Below, piece by piece: positions 46,765 to 57,800 of a stretch of 64,000 nucleotides of DNA (position 1 is the first letter of the stretch; each line of letters opens with the position of its first letter). The DNA comes from Mytilus trossulus (Eukaryota). The position numbers were made by a program, and so were the translations under genes. Location: the NCBI RefSeq assembly GCF_036588685.1, contig NC_086386.1, forward strand, positions 77,996,001 to 78,060,000, written 5' to 3'. The notes under the pieces are model-generated. The model was not told the origin of the DNA, made no database searches, and saw nothing but the letters and a program-made list of their open reading frames with translations.

Positions 46765-47222
46765 GAGTATTGTAATGTGCCAATTATAGTACGGAGGCTT
46801 TGTGAGAAATTGTGCACATCCTGCTTCAAGCATGAAATTTGGCATAGACCTTCCTTAACTATTACTCTTTTATTTCAGATAGGGAGGCATTTGAAAAAAA
46901 TGTCTCTCTTACGGGAAAATTCAAAATGGCGGACATAATACTAAAATCAGTCCAACATCGAAGGCTAGTATGTGAAAAGGTATTATTATCGGTCGTTCCA
47001 CTGTCTATATCACTCTGTTCAGCTCTTAATATTATTCCGTATCATGTGTGACGTCAAATACGTTGACCCGGCCTTAATAACTTTGACCCGGACATATCGG
47101 CGACGTCATAATGTTTGAACCGACGTTAATAACTTTGACCCCAACTTATCAAGTCATCTTTTGTGTACTGGTGAACCAAAGAAAACACTTCCGAAACACG
47201 GAAATATAGCCCATATAAATCA

Positions 47223-47381
47223 ATTATCAGATTATCTGCATATTGATATTGTAAAATATCAGCTGATTGACATTAAATGAAGGCTTTTTGATCTCGTTCG
47301 CTACGCTCACTCGACAAAAAGCTTCATATTATGTCTCGCAGCTGATATTTTACGATATCAACATGCAGATAACCCGATAAT
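47223..47381. repeat. Long hairpin/palindrome (~160 bp)
   Basis: ttatctgcatattgatattgtaaaatatcagctg ... cagctgatattttacgatatcaacatgcagataa. Confidence 0.8.
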
Positions 47382-49209
47382 CGGTACTTATCATGCTAAT
47401 ATCAAAATATTTGGTACACTCCTTTGTTTTTTTTCCACTTTTGGATGTATTATATAGATTAGATGTCTTTAAAAACCTACAATCTCCTTTATTGAATGCG
47501 GTCGAGCATCATGTCAAAATATTACCAATGCAGTTTGGTTGAAAATATTTATAAACACATAAATGTAAATGTCTTTGTGCTTGACGAATATGAAAGGTTA
47601 TAGAAGATATATATGAATTCTATTTGTACAAAATTACAGATAGTTCAGTTATAAAACTGAGGCTGTCACTCAGTGATCTTGACTCTCTTTTTACAGTGCA
47701 TTTTTGTGCAATATCTGTTTTTTTATCCGCTGTCGCTATTTGGTTGTTGGTATTATTATGTCAGTTTTTTTCCCGGAGTTTTTAAATAAAAGTGGGACAA
47801 AACCCTAAAATCGTAAAAAACTGGCATTCTACTTATAACTATTCTTATATTATATTGAGAAGTAAATCGCTGTAAGTATGAAAAAGTAAACGAATTATAC
47901 ATCCGACATTAAAAACAATTCTTCTATTGACAAACTTATTATAAATATTCACCCTCTTCCAAATGACTGTACCAAGTCAGGAATATGACAGTTCTTGTCC
48001 ATTCGTTTTTGATGCTTTTTGATTTTGCCATGTGGTTATGGACTTTCCGAATTGATTTTCCTCTGAGTTCAGTATTTTTGTGATTTTACTTTTTTCCGCT
48101 AATAATAATTTTTTCAAAAACAAAGAGAAAACTTGGATGTTGGCTAAGTCATATGTTACAGTCAAATAGATATAGGAAAATGTGGTGTGAGTGCCAATGA
48201 GACAACTCTCCATCCAAATAACAATTTAAAAAAGTAAACCATTATAGGTCAATGTACGGCCTTCGACACGGAGCCTTGGCTCACACCGAACAAGCCATAA
48301 AGGGCCCAAAAATTACTAGTGTAAAACCATTCAAATGGGGGGAAACCAACGGTTTAATCTATATAAAAAAACGAGATACGAGAAACACCTATAAATTACA
48401 TTAACAAACGACAACTACTGTACATCAGATTCCTGACTTAGGACAGGGTCAAACATTTTTGTTGATGATTGATAGTTTGAAACAGATGAGTATTTGTTAC
48501 GTTTTAATCGCGCTTTAAGACTATGTAAGGTTTTCGTATAATCATAATGTACTTATTGAATTGAACAATTTCATGATATCCCGAAACAAGAAACTTTTTT
48601 TCTCACATGACCATTACAATTGCTGATCTATCTATGCTCCATTACGATTTCTTTAAATGGTATATTTGAAATGAATGACGTTTTCGGAAATTAACCTTTT
48701 TAATTTGTATTTTGCATAAACTGAATATGACATTTTAGAGAAAAAGGAAAGACCGAAACAAAGAAAAATAAGTACATCAGGATAAAGACAGTAATGACTG
48801 TGAACGATTATATTTTAGCTAACGTTTCGATATAAACATTTCAGGAAGACTGGACGTGACATTACTTTATCTTAAAAAGCTATATTATAACAAAGTGATA
48901 GGAAAGCTCGCCAAAGAAAAGTGTAATGTATTAAATGAACATTTAAACTTTATACTTTACTTTAAAGCACACTTGTAATGAATGTTTTCGTTTTAATGGT
49001 CGAGTTAAGATAAATAAATACTGTCCGACTGTCTATTGACTTAAAATGGATGACAGTTGTTAATATATCAAAATCAAAGTTATACCTGTCTAGTAGTTCC
49101 TTTGAGTTCTATAAACAATTTTTTAATTCAGATGAGTACTTGCATCGATTAGTTATAGATTTATTTTCCGAATTCTGAATTTCAGAAGTGATTTAAAGGA
49201 ATTTATCAT

Positions 49210-49985
49210 ATATTTAGTACAAAATACAGCTATTTTGTATATCTAATAAAGGTTCTTTTGTCCAGTCTGTATCACCTACCCTGTATCGCATACCCCGTAT
49301 CGCATGGCTAAACCCGTATCGCATACCCCGTATCGCATGGTAAAACCCGTATCGCATACCTTTTTTTTTTTTTTTTTTTTTTTTAAACTAAAGTCAGTTC
49401 TTTTGGAGTTTTTTTTGCTTTTAAAAGAATTTTTTTTCTACAAAAAAAAAAATAAAAAAAAAAATATTTAAAAATATTAAAAAAAAAAAAAGATTTTTTT
49501 TTCTAAAAATAGGTCAATTTTTTAAATGACGTCATTGTTTGGTATGTAACGTCACGAACATCAAGTTTTCATATTGTATGTGACGTCACGAACATCAAGT
49601 TTTACAACAATTTTTTTGGCACATTAAATACTATAAAAAATACAAAACACTCAATAATACAATAATAAACAAAATATTTTCAAAACAACAGATTGTAAGG
49701 TAACCTTCGTATAAATAATTGAGCAGTTATTTTAAAGCTTTGAAACAAGACAAAAGCAGAACTGAAGGTAACCCAGTGCTATGGATCAGAAAACAGTTCA
49801 TATAATATAAAACTCTTCTGTTGAAATATATGATAAAGCGTATAATACATGGCAAAATCCGTATCACATGCCGTATCACCCTCGACCAATATCATCCCTC
49901 GGGCCTAAAGGCCCTCGGGCTGATATTGATGTCTCGGGATGATACGACATATGATACGGATTTTGCCATGTATTATTCTCTATAT
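49210..49985. mobile_element. Non-autonomous DNA element with CCGTATCGCAT repeats and a terminal 135-bp hairpin (49842-49976)
   Basis: Five (c)gtatcgcat units at 49282-49360. Perfect 25-bp outer stem ataatacatggcaaaatccgtatca / tgatacggattttgccatgtattat. Confidence 0.6.
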
Positions 49986-50638
49986 AAACGATGATTAAAA
50001 GTAATTATTCGATAAGTAACCATTTTTGTAACGTTGACAATCTGTCCGAAGAATGAATACGACTTTTCATATGAGTATGGTATGTATTATTAATGTAACG
50101 TACTGTAACCTTAACTTGTATTGTGACGGAGGTATTCGAAGGCACTGGCTTTAAAAACTAATTTTCATATATATACATATTTATTATATACAAGTTTCTA
50201 TATATACACTTTCATTTAATTACATTGTTCTATATGGAAACACATCCATTCTCTATCACTAACTATCTTCAAGTCTCCAACATCTCAACATTCACCCGCT
50301 TTTATCATCGAAAAGGCCTTTTCTACTTACATGACTTTCTCACACAATAAATCGTCATTCATCTCCAGACCACGCAAGTATAGGAACAGAATACAAACAT
50401 ACAGAAACATAAATTATAAGGCCTCTAATTAGAAATGATTACAATCAAAACACAGCTGCATCATACATTCAACTCAATGGTTCACGAAAACAATAAATCT
50501 CTTGATCATAGTAAATTAGTGTTTGCAATTGAATACCAATTTGAGATAAGAAATAAATGTGCAAAGTTTTACTCTTTTCTTTTTTTGTGTAACATTTTCT
50601 TTGATTGATACAGCTCGACATGTTGAATTTGTGTATTT

Positions 50639-51820
50639 CTATTGCAATCGTTTTTGATTTAAAAGGCGTGCTGTTTCAACGTTTCCATATTTTTTCGCAA
50701 TTTTCAAAGGCGTAAAGCCCTGATTGTCACATAATGTAACATCAGCATGCATTTCTAATAAAATATGTACAATATCTGTATAACTTTCATCGTATAAAAT
50801 TAATTCAAGAGGGTCATGTTGACTATTGTTTCCTCTACACGCTATATGCAATGGTGACTGCCCATAACTATCACATTGATCAATATCAACGTTTTTCTGT
50901 AATAATAATTTCACTATTTCCTCATGGCCACCCTTGCAAGCAGTATGCAAAGGTGACATTCCAAATTTGTCACATCCTAAAACGTCAGCACAGTGTTGTA
51001 GTAAAAGTTGTACAATGTATGTATATCCCATTTCACAAGCCACATACAACGGTGACCGTTTATACTTATTGCGGATTAAAACATCGGCATTATTGTTCAA
51101 TAACACGTTCACTACATCAATATGTCCTTTAGAACATGCAAAATAAATTGGAGTCTGTTTAGTCCGACCTTGCTGGTTTATGTTTGCTCCTTTATCAAGT
51201 AAAAGCTCAACTATATCAATATGCCCGCCTTCGCAAGCAACATGTAAGGGTGTCTGGCCATGTACATCACATATAGAAATTGAGTTAATTGTCTTCAGCA
51301 ACAACTTTGCGATGTCTAGATACCCTTTACCACATGCAACAAAAAAGGGAGATTGATTTCGTTGGTCACACTGATTTACATTTGCACCCTTTTCAAGTAA
51401 AAGATGTACTGTATCGTTGTTTCCTGTTTGACAAGCCATGTATAATGGCGACTTCCCAAATTTATCGCTCTGAAAAATGTCAGCCTTATTTTCTAGCAAC
51501 TCTTTTACTATGCATGGGTGTCCTCCTTTACAAGCCGCATACAATGGCGTCTTCCCATATTTTGCACTCTGTGTGACATCTGCATTGTGTTTAAGGAGTA
51601 TTGTTACCACGTCTATGTTTCCCCCTTCACAAGCTTCATACAAAGGTGACTGCCCAGCCCAACCACTTTGGGAAACATTGGCCTTGTATTCAATTAAAAG
51701 TTTTACAACTGCTGAATAACCCCCTTTACATGCAAAGTGTAATGCTGCACGTCCATCTTTTCTTTTTTTATTTACATTAACATTCTTTTTAAGTAGCAAT
51801 TCCACTATATTTTGATGACC
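50639..51820 (-). CDS. Ankyrin repeat array (last exon, after the frameshift)
   Basis: ORF 50639-51805, 11 ankyrin repeats; the frame continues upstream as GHQNIVELLL. Confidence 0.85.
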   Translation of the reverse strand, partial: GHQNIVELLLKKNVNVNKKRKDGRAALHFACKGGYSAVVKLLIEYKANVSQSGWAGQSPLYEACEGGNIDVVTILLKHNADVTQSAKYGKTPLYAACKGGHPCIVKELLENKADIFQSDKFGKSPLYMACQTGNNDTVHLLLEKGANVNQCDQRNQSPFFVACGKGYLDIAKLLLKTINSISICDVHGQTPLHVACEGGHIDIVELLLDKGANINQQGRTKQTPIYFACSKGHIDVVNVLLNNNADVLIRNKYKRSPLYVACEMGYTYIVQLLLQHCADVLGCDKFGMSPLHTACKGGHEEIVKLLLQKNVDIDQCDSYGQSPLHIACRGNNSQHDPLELILYDESYTDIVHILLEMHADVTLCDNQGFTPLKIAKKYGNVETARLLNQKRLQ

Positions 51821-54800
51821 TTTTTTTTACATGCAGACATCAACGGTGACTGTCCACGATCGTTAGATTTTAAGGGATCAGCATTCCTATCCAGCAATAG
51901 TTTAACAATATTTGTATGGCCTTCTTTACAAGCCAAAAACAATGTAGAGCGTCCTTGATCGTCAACCTTTGATAAATTTAGATAGTTTCCTATTTTTTCT
52001 CTTGCTGCATAAGCTGTAACACGGTTAGATCGTTTCTTTTTCTTTTTTTTAAAGAATCCAAAACTTTTTTGAAGCAAAAGTTCCACCACTCCTATGTGCC
52101 CCTTTGAACAGGACACCTGTAAAAGAGACCAACCATGTTCACCATAACCATAAAATTTAGCACCGTTTTCAAGTAAAAGTTTTACTACAGCAGTGTGCCC
52201 TCCTTCACAGGCCGCAAATAAAGGTGTTGCCCAACACCAATTACTGAAATTGACATCGCATTCTACATATTTTAAATCAATCAGAACCTTCACTATGTCA
52301 GCAAAACCTTGAGCTGCGGCTTCCATAATTGGTACTGAATACATAGAAGATGAATGTTGTTTCATTGCTAGCCTTACATCAGGATCATGCTGGAAAGCTT
52401 TTATAATTTCTGCTCGAATCGTGTCAATTACTAAATTCTTATTACTTAATGTGCTTACGATGTGACCATGCTTCATATCTCGAATCAGTCTATTCAAATA
52501 CTCTCCCTCCATGTTTTCCGACAACATTATTATTTTGTTATTTTCTTTTCTTTCAAATGATTGAAATCTGTAGTGATCGCGAACAAATGATGTTGGCGCA
52601 TATTTGATGAAGCATTCTTTAAGATATTGCCCATACAGGAAGGCTGCAATTTCATTTATTTTATCATGTATCATTATATACATATTTCCAAACTTTTTTA
52701 AGTATGTCAACTCTAAAGATTCAAAACAACACTGTAAACATTCCCTTTCCCTTTCTAAATTAATATTTATGCCACATTCGTCCACTACATTCTTTATCTT
52801 GTCTCTTTCTAAGATAGGTGCGTATTCCAATTTTAGCCAATCTGGATTGAAACCATTCAAAAATAAGATGCACAAAACTAAAGCACATAGCTGATAATTA
52901 TTCTGCCACGTTATAAATTGTGTTAAATCATCTTTGATAGTGTCAACAGGTGACAAAAATAGTTTCTTTATTTCATCAGAATTTTTCCTAACTGCCAATT
53001 TACACAGCAAGGGAAAGAAATCGAACGTTTCCCGACCCCAGGAGTAGCACATTTTGCCTGGAATGTATCGTTTCACCATTCTCATTTTTTCTGCATTTGA
53101 CAAGCGAAGCTCTGTTGACAGCAAATTGCATTGGCTTCGTTTAAAAAGTGTCAACTTTAACAATTTAACGTGAACATCTCTGTATAAGTGTAATCTACAG
53201 GATACCAATAATTTTGGAGATGACATTTGTGTGCACGATAGATTGTTTTTACCTTCTTCGTTAACTTCGAAAATTTTTGCTAATTTTCCCGAATGATCTC
53301 TCCACAGCTCCACTAAACTCACATTTATTGCTTCTTTGCCACAAATATCATCAACAACAAAAACTTGTTTCGTTGTTGGGTCTCGAAAGTTGATAATATC
53401 TTGCGGTCCTGTTACAAACGGTATAACTTCGTATCCATACTTAAAACATAATTCTAACGCAATATGATGAATGATTGACGACTTGCCAGTTCCCGAGCTA
53501 CCAGTGACAACAACAACGTTTTTTCTTTTATATTTCAGAAACGACTTCACGTACTTTGTAGCCTTGGTGACGACAAACATGTGGTCGTCCTTTTTCCATT
53601 CATCTAAATATTGTTGATGTTGAGCTATTAAAAATGACATAGATTATCTATAATATTATAAAGTGTATTACATTGAAATTTCATGAACTAGTTTGATAAC
53701 CTTAGTATTATATTTGAAAGAATATTGAAGTGGGATTGACTTTCATAGTAAAATTACCAAAATGCTTAAACTTATACATTTGTTTAATGGATTAACATCT
53801 AAGGGTGTTTTACGGGTGTTCGTTATTGGTTAAGGCCGTAATGTGACCTGACCTTATCATTTAATCTTAGATGGATATTTGTCTCATAACCCATTATACA
53901 TTAATTCAATGTTTTGATATCAAATGTAAAACATGAAAGTCAGTAAGGTAAATTCTGTATATCATCGTGCTTTTTATAAAGAGCAAATTCAGACCATCAC
54001 CGACACATCTTTTAATCCAGCTATAAATCTAAAACATCATAATGAGCGAAACATATAAATTGATTTATGTACATTTGTAAAGGCCATATAAATGCATTCA
54101 AATGGAAAATTACACAATTACAATTTCCGAATGAAACTTAGTCTAATGAAACCAAACTTTTACCACATGAACAAGAGTGTGTAATCATTAAGCTTCATAA
54201 CCTGTGTTCACCCAAATAATTTGATGGGATTCCTCTTGTTCAGTTTTTCGTTTTAAAGAATGCTTTGTGGATCAGTTTTTGCCTTTTTATTTTTCGTATT
54301 TAGCAATTTCGTGTCAGTTTACCATAAATAAAGGCAACAGTAGTATACCGCTGTTCAAAACTCGTAAATCTATGGACAAAAAACTAAATCGGGGTAACAA
54401 ACTTAAACTGAGGGAAACGCATTAAATATAGAGAGGAGAACAACGACACAACATTAAAATATAACACACACAGAAACGGACTAAGCATTAGACAAAATCA
54501 GATGAGAATAATAAATATAACATCAAAACCAAATACATGAATTTGGGATAGAAAAGAACCGTGATACGTCTTATAGTAATGTGAATTCACACTCAAATCT
54601 GGAGAAAACAAAAGACACAAGGGAAATACAACGTTAAAATGTTACACACACAGAAACGAACATGATATAACAATGGCCATTTTCCTGACTTGGTACAGGT
54701 CATTTTTAAAGAAGAAAATGGTGGGTTGAACCTGATTTTGTGGCATGCCAAACCTCGCACTTTAATGGCAATGTTAAGTATAACATTAAAATGACAACAA

Positions 54801-57800
54801 CTTAATATTACAGGACTACAATACAAATAAATAGGAGAACGTATTAGACAAAGAAACACATGAATAATAGATAACAAAAGACCTCAGGTTTAAAATTCAA
54901 TACGTCCACACAAGACTTACCAGTGACTCCCAGATATAAAAGTTCGAGTGTCAAAAAAAGTACAAAGTTGTACAGCACTGAGGATCAAAAATTGAAAAAG
55001 GTTGTGCCAAATACGGCTAGGGTTTTCTGCTTGGGACAAGAACATCCTTATTATTTAGAACAATTTATGCTATTGCAAACAGTAAATTTTATCAAATGAA
55101 TATAAAAGATATACATGATAAAACTGAAGTTTTAACTAATTACAGAAAACAAAACCTGGATACATGATACAAAGACCAACACAGAAAATAGACACACCCT
55201 ATTTAGTCCAGGCCTTAACGCAAAAAGTCATAAAAATGACGTCACATACGAAGTGGTGAAAAGACTCAAAAATTACATCACATTTGAATTTCTAAAACAG
55301 CACAAAAATGACGACATATATGAAAAACTATATCTCAAAAATAAGATAGAATTATGATTGATTTAAGATTGTAAGTGAACTAAATACTAATATTACATTT
55401 AAATACAATGCACATTGCAATACTTATTAATAGCAATTAACTATATCATATATATGTCCGATTTGTTTTGAATTTAACTTCAAACGTAAAACATCGTATA
55501 GATTACGTTCAACAAAAGCAAATCTAATAAATAAAGGCGGTGATTAATTTTCTTTACCATAACACATGAATATAATAGAAAAGACGTCAACAAATTTGAC
55601 AAAATCTGATGAGAATTACAAATATAACATCAAACTAAATACATGAATTTTGAATAGATAAGGACACCTCTTATAGAAATGCAAATTCACACTCAGCAAA
55701 ACAGTCACAATCGGGAATAAGTCACGTTCGGTAATTAAAAGATTAGACGACGTAATGACAAACCACAATCTACCATGTGGTAAAAATGTCCTTAGCTAGT
55801 TTGGTCAAAGACACATCGTATGGATCAACTAATTCGTGATGGTGTCCATAAAATTTACGGAGTGTCAATTTTAATCTGTCCTCCTCATAACTTTGTTGGA
55901 GCAGTTTCTTTGTAAGGAGCACACTCCTGTATATGAAGTCCGTATAGTGGAACAAGCACAAGAATAACGTTTCAATTGTGAGATGTAAACACCATACGAA
56001 GGGGCAGAGGGTATGTTACTGCTGCGAAATGGGAAATTGATAATTTGGAAGGTGAAATCGTCCCGTTTATCATAGATGTTCGTGTGAAGTGGTCTATCTG
56101 CGTCAATATTGAGGAAAAGATCAAGGTATGAAGCAGTCCGTCTAGTATCAGTAGTATCCTTAATTTCAAGTTCGCTACGATATATGAGATGTAAGTATTG
56201 GCTGAAACATGGGTTATTCAATGATAGAACATCATCAATATATCGGAAAGTAAAATTAAAGAATTTCGTAAGGTGCTTTTTCTTTTTGTCTTTTAGAAGG
56301 TTTGAATGAATTCTGCTTCATACGAGTACAAAAACAAATCGGCCAGCAGGGGTGCACAATTAGTACCCATTAGAATACCGACTATCTGTTGAAATATAAA
56401 TCCTCCAAAATCAACTAATATCCTGTCGATCAAAAAGTCCAGCATTTTGATAATATCATCTTCAGTATATTTTCTGGAAGATTCAGTGTGATTCTTCACA
56501 AAATATGAATTATTGTAACCCAAAACAAGAAATTTGTATCTAAGATTCCCATTTTTTATAGAAAAAGCTCTTTTTTATGAGATGGTGAAGTCGATCTTTC
56601 AACTGAGCATGGGGAATAGCAGTGTATAGCGTAGAAAAATCAAAAGTCTTTATGTTGCTGCAAAATTGCAAACATTGTGATCGAAGATTAAGCAGTAGAT
56701 CTTTCTAATTTTTGAGAATCCACATCTGGTGGTTAACACCACTGGTAGAATATATCTCATCACAATATTTTTGAAACCCATCTTTAACTGTAGAAGAATA
56801 CTTGTCAGTACTTGAGAAATATGTTTAATCGAACATTTTGTATGTATCGTTCTTTATATGGAGTTTTGTGTAATTTAGGTATCCAGTATAATGAAGGTAA
56901 ATTGTCTTGGGTTTCTTTGATGTTGATACCAAAAGAAAGAAGGACAGATTTATGATTTTGTAAAATTTCGTCCTTGGTAAATGATGTTAAAGAATATGTA
57001 GGGTTACCAGTAGTTTTATTTATTCCAAGCTCTGTTGTGAAACATTGCAAAATATGTTTTTTACATATGAAGACAATATTATTGGAGGCTTTATCTGCTG
57101 GAACAACGACATATTTGTAATGCAAAGAGGATAAAGCATCCACAACATCCGGATTCTTGAAAGGGTTAGTAACTCTTGTACTTATATTACATCGTAAGTT
57201 TTTAATATCACTTTGGTATTTTCCTCTATACAATCGTTTTGTCTATAATACACTCTATTTAAAGTCATCCTTATGTTTGTGTATCGACAAAAAGATCATG
57301 ATACAAAGTCATCCTTGTGTTTCTTTATCAGGGGAAAGATTATGATACGAACCATCCTGTGTTTCTTTATCGGGGAATCGTTCAAGATACGAAAAAAGTA
57401 AAATCACAAAAATACTGAACTTAGAGGAAAATCAATTCGGAAAGTCGATAATCACATGGCAAAATCAAATAACAAAACGTATCAAAAACGAATGGACAAG
57501 AATTGCCATATTCCTGACTTGGTACATGCATTTTGTAGAAAATGGTGGATTAAACCTGGTTCTATAGCGCTAACCCTCTCACTTTAATGACAGTCTCATC
57601 AAATTTCGTTATATTTACATTGTTGCGTTAAATAAACAGACACAATAAATAAAATAGTCAAAACATGGGTACATCAGTCATCATCGTATAACAATTTTAA
57701 AAGGAACAATTTAACAGAACACAAAATCATCTACTATCTAAGAAACACATTCATTGATTTGAGTGTCTGACGTCAGAAAGTTTTATACGTCACATAAATT

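Noticed and set aside
55606-55620. CTGATGA on the plus strand as a hammerhead core
   Set aside because: No helix II or correctly placed GAAA follows.
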